Part shown: positions 1 to 12,683 of the stretch, piece by piece
Layout: each line of letters starts with the position of its first letter
Numbering within the stretch: position 1 is the first letter of the stretch
DNA from: Octopus vulgaris
Lineage: Eukaryota
Assembly: GCA_951406725.2 (NCBI GenBank)
Contig: OX597834.1
Coordinates: forward strand, 744,001-808,000
Length of the DNA stretch: 64,000 nt
Reading direction: 5' to 3'
Program-made: the position numbers and the translations under genes
The notes under the pieces: generated by a model
Databases searched by the model: none
What the model saw: only the letters and a program-made list of their open reading frames with translations
Told to the model about the DNA's origin: nothing

Positions 1-767
1 TGGCCCCAAGCAAAATCCCTTTTACATTTGGCAAAAAGTGGTCTATATTACCTCTGGCACCTATCCCCTGCCTTATCCAGCATGGTAGACTCTAGCAGGA
101 GCTATTGCTCCCCCGACATATCTCTCATGGTTCATTGAAGCATACAAGGTACCATACAACAAAGACTGGACTTTATGGTGGTTCCTCTCCTATTCTCACT
201 CCATTATCACACACGCACACTGCGTCCACGCCATGTCCCACTCCAACAACAACATCTACAATGTTAATTTTCTGGAAATTTTCTTTCTTCTGGTGTTTTC
301 TCTGCAGCCATTCCCTTGCGGCTGCCCAACCAACACACAATGGTTACGAAGTACCCAAGAAAAACGAGGACAGTGTTCTTTCCCTCAGAATAAACCATTA
401 AAAATAAACTGGCAATCAATATGGAGACACACACAGAGCTATTTAGAAGCCGGACGTTTCTTAGATGGTGTCCAGGAGCTTGTTGGAAGGCAGCCAGAAG
501 GCAACCGGAAGTCTGGCTTTCATCCAAACATGCTTTCTTTAAAGAAGAAAGAAACTCGCTGAGACTTCACGACTGGAATCGAGGCTGGACGATCGACAAA
601 CCGCTCTAACATTGTTCTCTGCGATTGTTGCACATGCGCACAAGAACACACACATAGACATGCATGTGTATAAATTCAAGCGCACACACACAGAGACATC
701 TAAGCTTATATTCGCATGTATACACCATTTATACGTTTCTGTTTACGAATATTAACACATATATATA

Positions 768-819
<52 letters not shown>

Positions 820-822
<3 letters not shown>

Positions 823-1404
823 TGACGTATATTTGCCATTTGAATATGGCTAGCCCCTAAGGCTGGATGCTACTGTAGTTTGTAGCCCCAGGAAGACACC
901 TCCTCCAGCTGGCTATAGACACACTTTCTGTGCCCAGCTGGAGGAGGTGTCTTCCTGGGGCTACAAACTACAGTAGCATCCAGCCTTAGGGGCTAGCCAT
1001 ATTCAAATGGCAAATATACGTCACGATGTGTTGCCGCTACTGTTTATAACTCGCTCTGAGATTTATCATTGTTTGATTTCACTTTTTCAATATCAGTGTC
1101 AATCGATACTGGAAAAAGTATATGTATTTGTGAGGGGAACTGACTTCTCGTCGACAACCATGATTGTCACACGCCGATGATAGGTCGAGTCCGTGTGTAT
1201 CATAAGTTGAAGACGGGACGGATGACTTTCCTTCACAAATACTGATAGGGCACAGAAAGTGTGTCTATAGCCAGCTGGAGGAGGTGTCTTCCTGGGGCTA
1301 CAAACTACAGTAGCACCCACCTTTAGGGGTTAGCCATATTCAAATGGCAAATATACGTCACGATGTGTTGCCGCTAATGTTTATAACTCGCTCTGAGATT
1401 TATC

Positions 1405-1408
<4 letters not shown>
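820..1408. mobile_element. Short non-coding repeat insert with a partial tandem duplication plus an inverted copy (PLE pseudo-LTR-like layout)
   Basis: ~820-912 is the reverse complement of ~934-1026. ~934-1070 is directly repeated at ~1271-1408. (AT)n flanks both sides. Confidence 0.6.
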
Positions 1409-1438
<30 letters not shown>

Positions 1439-1892
1439 AACACACGTACACACATGCACACACACAAACATACATATACACTTGCGACACCAGTAGAAAG
1501 TCTACAACTTACGAATGCACATATTTCAATGTTTCTCTATAAATTGTGAGAACAATGCATCATTATGTAAACGCGTTGCTTGTGCAAAGTATTTGCAGAA
1601 GATTTCCCCAAAACTCCCTGCTTGTTTTCAGACTTGCTTCATACGTCGTGAGCGATACAAGCTGTCCTTTCAAAAGTCTCAAATTGCTCAAATTGAGAAT
1701 GAGCGTCATACTTGACGCATGCAGGCCAGGGAAGTGTGCAGCGTGTATCACGTGGGCTTCACAGGGCATTTCGTTTATGTCTTCAGTGTCCTTCCGTACT
1801 TACGATTACCAAAACCGTAGCACTGGAACATATGAACTAACAAGCAAGAAAATAAAATTGGTATATAAAAGTTAAACAGGCACGGAAACACA

Positions 1893-1923
<31 letters not shown>

Positions 1924-2556
1924 GCACAGAAACACAAGCACACACACACACACATACACAAGCACACACACATACACAGAAACACACACACACACACAAG
2001 AGTGTTATCTGTTACAAGCCAAACAACTAACTTTGGAAGTCTGGTGACAGCGAGTAACGTGAAGAAATGTGTCATATACATAATTATAATTTAATTTTTA
2101 TTAAATTTCTATACGAAATAATGAAATGAATACAAATTGTCGAAAGAGAAATAATTATTACCTTCAAATAAAATTAAATAAAACTCGTTTCTCATTTGTA
2201 TATTTGCAATAAATATATGTTGTTATTTTTCTAAATTTTATCAGCATAATTGCAATCTACTTCATCGCAAACATATTGCTGCCTCATTTCATAAAAGAAA
2301 AAAAATATGTATTTTTAAGAACAGCACGCTGATGTTATACTTCATATGTTAACTCTTCTTTACTTCTTTTTTGATTTTTCCCCTGCTCTTTCTAAACGAA
2401 GTAAAGCGTGAGACCGGAGAAGTGAACCAACTAACATTTATATCGGCTATTTTAACCACACACACACTCAAACACACATACACACACACACACGAGCGCG
2501 CACAAACACACATAGATAGATCAATTGAAAAATAAAGAGAGGGAGCAGAGATAAAT

Positions 2557-2564
2557 AGATAGAC

Positions 2565-2625
<61 letters not shown>

Positions 2626-2626
2626 C

Positions 2627-2702
<76 letters not shown>

Positions 2703-3110
2703 GTTTCTTTATTGGCCACACAGGGCTGCACACAGATGAGACAAGTTACAAGGTAGAGCTTTTCTTTTGGGGGATGAAAAAAAGGGGGTGGCGTAGGTTT
2801 TCGATCAAGAGGGATCGTAAAAGGGAAGAACAGAACAAAAAAAAAGATAAAAAATTAAAAAAATTAAAAAAATTTTTTAAAAATAGAATAAAAAATAAAA
2901 AGAATAAAAGGAAATAAAAAGAAAGGGAAAAGGAACAAAAGAAAAGAGAAATGAAAAAAGAAGAAAAAAGGAGAAAAAAAGGGGGAAGAGGAAAAAAAGA
3001 ACGATCAATAGGGATCGTGTATCACTGTGTTATGATATATGGTGTAAAGGGGAAAGCAAGTAAGGTTTATCCGTGGGAAGAAAAGCCTACGAAAAAGACT
3101 ACGGTAACCT
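2557..3110 (-). mobile_element. 3' end of a non-LTR retrotransposon (probably Tx1/L1-type 3' UTR) with (TATC)n tail
   Basis: Blocks ttcttttattggccac..gtagagcttttcttttgg and gatcaatagg..gtgtatca..ggtttatccgtgg..aaaagcctac recur at 19437-19705, each next to a (GATA)n run. The clade assignment is inference. Confidence 0.5.
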
Positions 3111-3112
3111 TG

Positions 3113-3149
<37 letters not shown>

Positions 3150-3160
3150 GTAGATGGATG

Positions 3161-3210
<50 letters not shown>

Positions 3211-3544
3211 GAGGTAGATGCACACACACTCGTGGACCCATAAAACAAAAGTTACAAAATATAACACAATTTCGAATCTCCCTATTTCTCTTGACTTTCA
3301 CATCGATTGCTAACATCTATCGAATAACGCAGCATTGGGACCCCCGGATGGGGCACCCCAGCATTGGGAAACCCCAAGAATGGGCCACCCCCAGAATGGG
3401 GCAACATGTAGTTGACGCAAGTGAAGAGAAAAGTAAACTCTGTTGAAATATCTTAAATATTCTTCAGTTTTCAGTTTATTTATTTATTACTGAACTCTTT
3501 CGGTGTTTATACCATATTATGAATATATTTTAATCTTTTCTATT

Positions 3545-3690
3545 ATAGGCCCATGGGTAAGTGGGGAGAGAGTAAGTCGATTAAATCGACACCAGTGCGT
3601 AACTTTTACCTATTTAATCGACCCCGAAAGGATGAAAGGCAAAGTTGTCCTCGGCGGAATTTGAACTCAGAACATAGCGGCAGACGAATA
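3545..3690 (-). mobile_element. tRNA-derived SINE fragment (Meta-domain-like family A)
   Basis: Reverse complement matches the body of the SINE at 5222-5460 (ttctgagttcaaattccgccgagg..tttgcctttcatcctttcggggtcgat). Confidence 0.8.
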
Positions 3691-4271
3691 AAATAAGCAG
3701 CTATAAAATAAATACTAGTTGAACACTGGGGTTGATGTAAATGACTTAGGCCCTTGCCCCAAATATGTTGGCCTTGTGCCAAAATTTGAGACCACTATCT
3801 ATGGTAGGGTGTGTAAAGAATTGCAAATATGTCGAGTTTCATTCTTTATATTGACTCTCTCAAGAAATGCCATTTATGTGCTTTGTGAGGCGCGACATTA
3901 AAATATAGAAGAAATTTGTCGCGAATGTCACTAAGGTCAATTTAGTTTTAAAGGTTTTGGAGCTTAATCAATAAGTGACCAGTCCAAGGTGACTGTATGT
4001 AGATTTCTGGTCGCGTCGTTGGTTTAGGAATAATAGCCTCTCAACAGTCTTTGAGGCCCTAAAATCATTAAGAGTCACAGTGCAACCCTTCCATCTCTGA
4101 CTAAGAGGTAAAAAGAAATAGAATTAGATGGGTCTCAACTTTGAGAGTAAAACTACTTTGGCATGAAATGAGCCCGGGATGTCCTTAGGAAGGACTTCAT
4201 TTGTAAATCAACAGAACAGCCTTGTCACAAAGTCTTAAATTTTGGTGGGCATTCTTAAAATGGATGACACG

Positions 4272-4325
<54 letters not shown>

Positions 4326-5221
4326 ACATGCACACATACACATAGACACACTCATTTTGAGATGGACTTCATCTGTAGTCCAGTTGAACTTCCTTGTTGC
4401 ACACGCTGTTTCACTATTAGATGGATGTCATCTTAATCCAGCTGGACAGCCTTTATCAGCCACCCCCTGTGTCACACTGATTCAATTCGATGGTTACATT
4501 AACGCTACAATTGCCTGGGGAATATTCACTCAGCTATATTAAATTAATTAAATAATTAATAATGATTAGATAGTTCCGTTAACTGAACAATTAGAATTGG
4601 AGCATTCATTCTTCAAAACCAGCGCCAGAGTCTAATTTTAACGACGTTTTTTTTACCTTTTTTGTGCGTTAATTTCTAATTTTAAATAAATTATTTTATT
4701 ATCTAAAATGTACTGAAAAGCTTTTCTCCTTCTGGCGTGGATAAAGTAAGGACTGCTGAAGTACTGCAATCAATATGATAGATTGCTCTCCTTTCTCTAA
4801 ACTATCCGGGCTTATGGCTATCTAACAGATCGATATCTATTCAATACATGACGAAAGCACATTTCAATTCAATTAAATTGAATTAAATAAAATTAATCTG
4901 AGATGTTCAAGGTTGCATATTGTATACTTCGTTTTATTCTTCAATTAAAACTTTTGGCGGAACTGGTGGAAATTCCACGTTTTATAACTGTTGCAGTTCT
5001 TGTTCTTTTGGTGAATAAATTTATAAATCTTAATATTGTTTCATTTTTTTTAAAGCTATCGATTATGAATTCGATGTCGTTCAATAGTTGAAGTTATTGG
5101 AAGTGTAACACTTCAACAGACGTCGTGACAGGCTGAATAACATTAGTGATACATCTTCCGGACACGAACACAATACAAGTTTTCGTATCTAAATACGACA
5201 TCATTAATATTAATATTATAT

Positions 5222-5460
5222 AAGGTGGCGAGCTGGCAGAAACGTTAGCACGCCGGCGAAATGCGTAGCCGTATGGCGTCTGCCGTTACGTTCTGAGTTC
5301 AAATTCCGTCCAGGTCGACTTTGCCTGTCATCCTTTCGGGGTCGATAAATTAAGTACCAGTTACGCACTGGGGTCGATGTAATTGACTTAATCCGTTTGT
5401 CTGTACGTGTTTTCCCCTCTGTGTTTAGCCCCCCCCCCCCCTTGTGGGTAATAAAGAAAC
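5222..5460 (+). mobile_element. Near full-length tRNA-derived SINE, family A
   Basis: A-box-like tggcagaaacgttag, B-box gagttcaaattcc, central gtcgactttgcctgtcatcctttcggggtcgataaattaagtacc (Meta-domain-like), tail ccccttgtgggtaataaagaaa. Several copies occur in the window. Confidence 0.88.
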
Positions 5461-5814
5461 AAATATTAATATCACAAAACCTTCGCCGTCTTAAATTATC
5501 AAAACACATTTCAAACAGTTCTGTCTACTTTCGTTTCTGAGTTCAAATCCTGGCAAAATCGGATTTCGTATGGCCATTCAGGGGTCGATGAAATAAACTA
5601 TAAAGTTCTTGAATGAAATATACTAACTATAATTCCCTCCACAAATTGTGTGACTTCTATCGATATTAGAAATCAATTATTAGCCCTGGTATAGACGAAG
5701 ATATAACTTGGTTCCAGAAATGAAACGATGTCGTTTCCACAAACTGGAAGAAGTTTCTATTCCTGTTCATCAAATACAGACAAATACATGAAATATAGAA
5801 CGATTATTGAAACT

Positions 5815-5877
<63 letters not shown>

Positions 5878-6100
5878 GTGCATATTTATGTATGAATATG
5901 TGTATGACAATAAATGTTTGTATGGTGGTGGTGGGGGGGTTGCTATGTGAAGTGTGTTTCATAGACAACGGGTTGAAAATGCATCTGCTGTCCTCTGTGA
6001 TTTCGTTTTCATTATTCAACTAAATAAAAGGGAAAATATGGCGGGTTTAAGGCTTCACTTGAGGTCAATAGTTACGTGTTTAATTTTTATGTCAGTGTTT

Positions 6101-7994
6101 AGCTTCCGGAGAAAACAGTGTTCCCCTCGCAGCTTCCGGAGAAAACAGTGTTCCCCTCACAGCTTCCGGAGAAAACAGTGTTCCCCTTGCAGCTTCCGGA
6201 GAAAACAGTGTTCCCCTCGCAGCTTCCGGAGAAAACAGTGTTCCCCTTGCAGCTTCCGGAGAAAACAGATTTCCCCTTGCTGCTTCCGGAGAAAACAGTG
6301 TTCCCCTTGAAGCTTCCGGAGAAAACAGTGTTCCCCTCGCAGCTTCCGGAGAAAACAGTGTTCCCCTTGCATCTTCCGGAGAAAACAGTGTTCCCCTCGC
6401 AGCTTCCGGAGAAAACTGTGCTCCCCTCGCAGCTTCCGGAGAAAAGAGTGTTCCCCTCGCAGCTTCCGGAGAAAACAGTGTTCCCCTTGCAGCTTCCGGA
6501 GAAAACAGTTTTCCCCTTGCAGCTTCCGGAGAAAACAGTGTTCCCCTCGCAGCTTCCGGAGAAAACAGTGTTCCCCTTGCAGCTTCCGGAGAAAACAGTG
6601 TTCCCCTTGCAGCTTCCGGAGAAAACAGTGTTCCCCTCACAGCTTCCGGAGAAAACAGTGTTCCCCTTGCAGCTTCCGGAGAAAACAGTGTTCCCCTTGC
6701 AGCTTCCGGAGAAAACAGTGTTCCCCTTGCATCTTCCGGAGAAAACAGTGTTCCCCTTGCAGCTTCCGGAGAAAACAGTGTTCCCCTTGCATCTTCCGGA
6801 GAAAACAGTGTTCCCCTTGCAGCTTCCGGAGAAAACAGTGTTCCCCTTGCAACTTCCGGAGAAAACAGTGTTCCCCTCACAGCTTCCGGAGAGAAAACAG
6901 TGTTCCCCTTGCAGCTTCCGGAGAAAACAGTTTTCCCCTTGCAGCTTCCGGAGAAAACAGTGTTCCCCTCGCAGCTTCCGGAGAAAACAGTGTTCCCCTT
7001 GCAGCTTCCGGAGAAAACAATGTTCCCCTTGCAGCTTCCGGAGAAAACAGTGTTCCCCTTGCAGCTTCCGGAGAAAACAGTGTTCCCCTCGCAGCTTCCG
7101 GAGAAAACAGTGTTCCCCTTGCAGCTTCCGGAGAAAACAGTGTTTCCCTTGCAACTTCCGGAGAAAACAGTGTTCCCCTCACAGCTTCCGGAGAAAACAG
7201 TGTTCCCCTTGCAGCTTCCGGAGAAAACAGATTTCCCCTTGCTGCTTCTGGAGAAAACAGTGTTCCCCTTGCAGCTTCCGGAGAAAACAGTGTTCCCCTC
7301 GCAGCTTCCGGAGAAAACAGTGTTCCCCTTGCATCTTCCGGAGAAAACAGTGTTCCCCTTGCAGCTTCCGGAGAAAACAGTGTTCCCCTCGCAACTTCCG
7401 GAGAAAACAGTGTTCCCCTCACAGCTTCCGGAGAAAACAGTGTTCCCCTTGCAGCTTCCGGAGAAAACAGTTTTCCCCTTGCAGCTTCCGGAGAAAACAG
7501 TGTTCCCCTCGCAGCTTCCGGAGAAAACAGTGTTCCCCTTGCAGCTTCCGGAGAAAACAATGTTCCCCTTGCAGCTTCCGGAGAAAACAGTGTTCCCCTT
7601 GCAGCTTCCGGAGAAAACAGTGTTCCCCTCGCAGCTTCCGGAGAAAACAGTGTTCCCCTTGCAGCTTCCGGAGAAAACAGTGTTTCCCTTGCAACTTCCG
7701 GAGAAAACAGTGTTCCCCTCGCAGCTTCCGGAGAAAACAGTGTTCCCTTGCAGCTTCCGGAGAAAACAGATTTCTCCTTGCTGCTTCCGGAGAAAACAGT
7801 GTTCCCCTCGCAGCTTCCGGAGAAAACAGTGTTCCCCTCGCAGCTTCCGGAGAAAACAGTGTTCCCCTCGCAGCTTCCGGAGAAAACAGTGTTCCCCTTG
7901 CAGCTTCCGGAGAAAACAGTGTTCCTCTCGCAGCTTCCGGAGAAAACAGTGTTCCCCTCGCAGCTTCCGGAGAAAACAGTGTTCCCCTCGCAGC
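6101..7994. repeat. 30-bp minisatellite, ~63 units (agcttccggagaaaacagtgttccccttgc)
   Basis: Tandem array visible directly, with a 2-bp insertion near 6890 and a 1-bp deletion near 7745. It accounts for all long repetitive ORFs here. Confidence 0.98.
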
Positions 7995-8536
7995 GGCACC
8001 AGAGCCGTGACGCAGTTTAAACTTTGAGAAATGTCCATCAGAACTTATTGGCCAGAATAATAAACAGACAAAGAAAGAGAAATATTGTTTCTCAATGATT
8101 GATGCATGTAAATAAAGCCATTAAATAAAATATTATCTGTTGTACTGTGAGTGTATTTGCGCGTGTATGCGTGTGTGCGTGTGTGTGCTTATATGTGTGT
8201 GTGTGTGTGAGTTTGTGTTCGTGTGTGTGGGCGGATACCTCTGTGTGTGTGTGCATGTGCTTGCATGTGTGAGTGTGTGTAAATGTTAAAATAATGCAAT
8301 TATCTTAATGAGCTTTCCTGAATAACAACCGATCGTTTACTGATGGCGTAACTCCATAAAGGGAGGACTGTCACATTCATTGTGAAGATTAGATTGACTG
8401 GGACTTCACAAGGCATAGATATCTACATACCTATATATTTATATATGTGTGTGTGCGCGCGCATGTGAGCGCACATATACACATGAATAAAAACATGTAT
8501 GTAGTCAAGTCCAAATTAACTTGATGTATATATAGG

Positions 8537-8617
<81 letters not shown>

Positions 8618-8629
8618 GTATGTATAGAA

Positions 8630-9166
8630 ATGGTAAGACAACAAAAGAATGAAAGACATCTCGATATTATGTAAATAGAGGAATTTATCTGTAAATGTAA
8701 TATGTGGCAGTTATTCGGTAGTCATGATAAAACTCCGAGTTTCGGGTATCGGGGCGGAAACCCACGCTGCGATCTCTTCAGTTATCCGGCCATCGAAGAA
8801 TTGCTATGAAAATAACTGTTAAACAAAGGGAAATTACTGTGTGATTGACCGTTATTAAGACAAAAGAGTTATTAGACTGACCGCTCTCCCCTCGCTTAGC
8901 GGTCATTCTAATAGCTCTTTTGTCTTAATGGGAGTAATTTCCCCGGTCAAGTAGTGTGGAGCGACTGACCTCCCTTGTTCGAAGGTTATATGGATACAGT
9001 TTGTGTATCAAATAGCTAACTTAAGGCGATGGCCTCATGGAGCTAATAAGCGGACAGCTTTTTTCTTATTTTTATAAGAATGCCATATTAGTATGGCGAT
9101 AACTATTATTTTCCGGGAACGCTGCCGCTGTTCTCTTTTAGAGAGACTTAGTTATTTTAATATTTC

Positions 9167-9170
<4 letters not shown>
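8630..9170 (-). mobile_element. Non-coding PLE pseudo-LTR-like insert carrying a hammerhead motif
   Basis: Unique sequence between two (TA)n runs, containing a hammerhead at 8726-8786 and a long hairpin at 8854-8929. Confidence 0.6.
8726..8786 (-). ncRNA. Type I hammerhead ribozyme motif, canonical core
   Basis: Minus strand: gataa CTGAAGA gatcgcagcgtgggtttccgccccgataccc GAAA ctcggag TT ttatc. Stem I gataa/ttatc, imperfect stem II, stem III ctc-g-gag, GUU site. Confidence 0.72.
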
Positions 9171-9213
<43 letters not shown>

Positions 9214-9839
9214 CATATCTACAACTGAAATTCAATCTTCCCTCGAATTTCTCTTATTTTACTTCACTTAATGAAGGGCTTACCACAGACTGCGCTCAGA
9301 CGTACTGCAATCATTATTAAAGCCATTGTGGTAAATATGGAAGGCATGTTGTTATATTTAAAAGTCTAAGATATCTCGGTGACTTTGTGTCTACGTAAAT
9401 AGGAGTCTTTCAAACATGGATGCAACTCGTATGAAGTCATTGCGTCTGTTAGAAATAGCAGTCAAACTGTGCATACCTCTTTCTGTAGTCACACTTTAAG
9501 AAGTTAGGAAATATAGATCGGGGTCTATTGAAAGTGTCAGTTTTGCTTGCTGATCCGCCTGCCTGTGGCTAAACAGATAATAATCACTATAGATCTTGAG
9601 ATTTCCCCTCTTGTACAATTTGTTCACTGATTTTATCTTAATTAAACTTACGCCTTAATTGCTTTTGTAATCTTAATTACTCCTTTGCTTTTAATTACCT
9701 CACAAGTGTCTACCTGCATAACATTTACCTTTCATTACTGCTTAATAAGGGATGGGTAGACATGCTCCACCACCACTTCACTAACACCACACACATCCGA
9801 TGTTGTTAATGTAGGAATAATGCCAAAGGTTTGTAGGCC

Positions 9840-10000
9840 GAGCAAGCTGATCACACCGACCCCAATACATTACTGGTATTTTATTTTTATCGACCTCTAA
9901 AATCAGAAAAGGCAAAGTTGATCTCTGAGAGATTTGAACTCAGGACTCAAATAACTAGAAGAAATACCGCCGCAGAGCCTTTTTGTCCGACACTGTCAAG
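9840..10000 (-). mobile_element. Degenerate SINE family A fragment
   Basis: tttatcgacc..aaaaggcaaagttgatctctgagagatttgaactcag is the reverse of the family A core and B-box. Confidence 0.6.
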
Positions 10001-10960
10001 ATTGTGCCAATCTACCGGCCGCAGCACATGTCTCTTAAATAAAACTGACTTCAATGAATACAACGGCATATTGTATAATGTAGACGTGATAGATGATGTT
10101 TTAAGTACTGATGGGATGGTCAAGGTTGGAACACCTCCACTCCATTTATCCTGACCCATATCCCCATCCCATATATATATTCAATATATTTCCTCGTCTG
10201 TTTGTTCGTCCAAACTTTAATACTTTACTCGACAAACTCTGAACATTCTCAACCGTCAGACATATTTCAGTGTCAGAAATATATTTCTCAGAGAAAACCG
10301 TGTCTCCCTTTGTGTTCCGTTCTTCAGTGTGAATTACATTTACAGCTTCGATATTGATTACAGTATAGCACCACTGGATTACTACAACAGAAACATCAAC
10401 ACCTACATGACATCACTATAACACCGTCAATGCTACAACACAAAACCATCACACCACCACCACCACGTATCACCAAGTACAATATGTCACCTCGATTCTT
10501 CACAATGTCTGTCACAATCAGACAAAACTCGGGAGACAAAGATGGAACGCAATGTTGACAATCTGTCATATTTCATGGAATATATTTATATACACATACC
10601 TCTACACCCGTCTACAAGCTGATATACATATGTACATCCAACCATATACACGCTACAAATGTATGCAAATAGAAGTATATATATATATACACACGGGTAT
10701 TCTCTAGAATGGCTGCTACAAAGCTATTCACAGGAGAGATTTTCAAACACAGACAAACAGACAAACAGACAGACAGACAAACAGACACGCACAGGCACCT
10801 CCCCCCCCCATATATACATAAAGTGAGAGAGACAAGAGCTACATACACACATATATAAAAAAGGCATACGGAAATATGCACGCACAATTACACACACATA
10901 CATACATATGTGTGTATATACATGTGTGTGGATTACATATATGTATGTGTATATAAATAA

Positions 10961-11005
<45 letters not shown>

Positions 11006-11234
11006 TAATAGAATTTACCTATATCTCCATTTACTGCGCATACACAGGTGTACAAATATATACACAAAGTATGCAGCAACTGTGTACGTGCATGTATATG
11101 TGTGTATGTGTGAATACGTGTGTCTCAGCCTGTATGTATATGCAAGTAAGTGCATATCCCAATATGGTGCGTATGAGTGTGTATCTGGAGGTTATGTGGT
11201 GTGTGTGTGTGTTTGTGTGTGTGTGTTTGTATAT

Positions 11235-11298
<64 letters not shown>

Positions 11299-11583
11299 TC
11301 GTGTATTTGAGTGTGTGCATGTCTGCGAATATGTAGGTTTGTGTCTGTGTGTTTGCGAGAAGCGAGATATGTGTAGAAATGTCTGAGAGACATTTTATTA
11401 ATATGTGGTGACGTCTGGTGTCACAAGAGAAAGTAAAAAAAATATGTCTGTGTGTCTATATATGGTGGAAAGTTTTAGAAAATTCTACCAAAATAAGAAT
11501 TAAAATGCATTAATATCTTACAACTACCAGAATATTCATCATCTCAAAGTATATACACATATAAAAACAACACACATATAAAT

Positions 11584-11679
<96 letters not shown>

Positions 11680-12350
11680 CATACACGCACACACACATAC
11701 ATGTATAAATGAGTGAGAACAAAATATAACCGTTATAAAGGATTTGAGAATTCGGCGGCGGCGAAGTAGATTCAAGTATTTCCGTGTTGTTTATTCGCAT
11801 ATTTGTTTACTTGTTTATTTTCCGTTTTCTCTCGTCGTTTCAAAGATGACAGTCACTTGGAAGCTTCGCCAAGCATAAATTTCCATTCTTCAGTATTTCG
11901 AGTATTTGAAAAGCATAAAAAAATTAATAGGAAAAAAAATCCTTGTCGATGTTCCTGAGTAATTCTCACCCAATACATACCACTTGAATAGCAAAGGTAG
12001 ATTAAGCTAGAGTTTTGTAGAAGCTGATAAAATTTCAGTGTATGTTGTTCTGAGATTCACAGAACTTTTCTCGAAACTCTCGTGAGTTTTATGTTAAGAA
12101 CCAACCACAACTCGCTTTTATTTTATTTCTGGTTTCGAGCGAATGATTTAAACGTCTTGAAATTCGTACAATCGAATGCACACAAGTAATTTTCCTTGAT
12201 TAACTAATATATTAATTTAATACTTTTAAGCAATACTTTAATTAATACCTTTAAACAATATTTTTAAAAGCACTGACTGTATGGATCTCGTGCGCGTTCT
12301 GCGTGTACCTGTGCAAGCGCATGTATGCACAAATATTTACACTTATTCGC

Positions 12351-12394
<44 letters not shown>

Positions 12395-12395
<1 letters not shown>

Positions 12396-12683
12396 GATGT
12401 ACTTGCATAGCAAGTGATTTGATCTGAGATCGTGTGCTGAAACGAAAACAATTGCAGCGTGGAAGGTGTTTGTAAGCCATTTAAGAAACACACAAAAGCC
12501 GTTCGATTCACTTCAAATCCGTGCTGCATCTGAGCAGATGCAGCACGGATTTTGTCAGTGAACAGGTCGCGGTCTTAAAGCGAAGAAAATATTTTGACAA
12601 ATTAAACCTAAATGTTGAAGTGAATCGAACGGCTTTTGTGTGTTTCTTAAATGGCTTACAAACACCTTCCACGCTGCAATTGT
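12395..12683. mobile_element. PLE pseudo-LTR-like insert with inverted repeats and a hammerhead (same family as 20640-20848)
   Basis: Inverted arms 12448-12516 / 12615-12683, central palindrome 12515-12552, TA-rich flanks. Confidence 0.75.
12551..12601 (+). ncRNA. Minimal hammerhead motif, G3-C8 core variant
   Basis: tttgtca GTGAACA g gtcgc ggtcttaaa gcgaa GAAA atat TT tgacaaa. 7-bp stem I and palindromic atat at stem III. Confidence 0.7.

Noticed and set aside
1-610. Short ORFs at the window start
   Set aside because: No recognisable motif; possibly an old TE remnant but not assignable.
5222-5310. tRNA genes suggested by A/B boxes (also 31620-31690, 21100-21181)
   Set aside because: These are SINE heads that continue into SINE bodies and form no complete cloverleaf.
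6092-8038. 648-aa and 630-aa repeat ORFs as real genes, or the array as a CRISPR
   Set aside because: The ORFs are open on both strands and change peptide at indels. Units are contiguous with no unique spacers, the context is eukaryotic and there are no cas genes.
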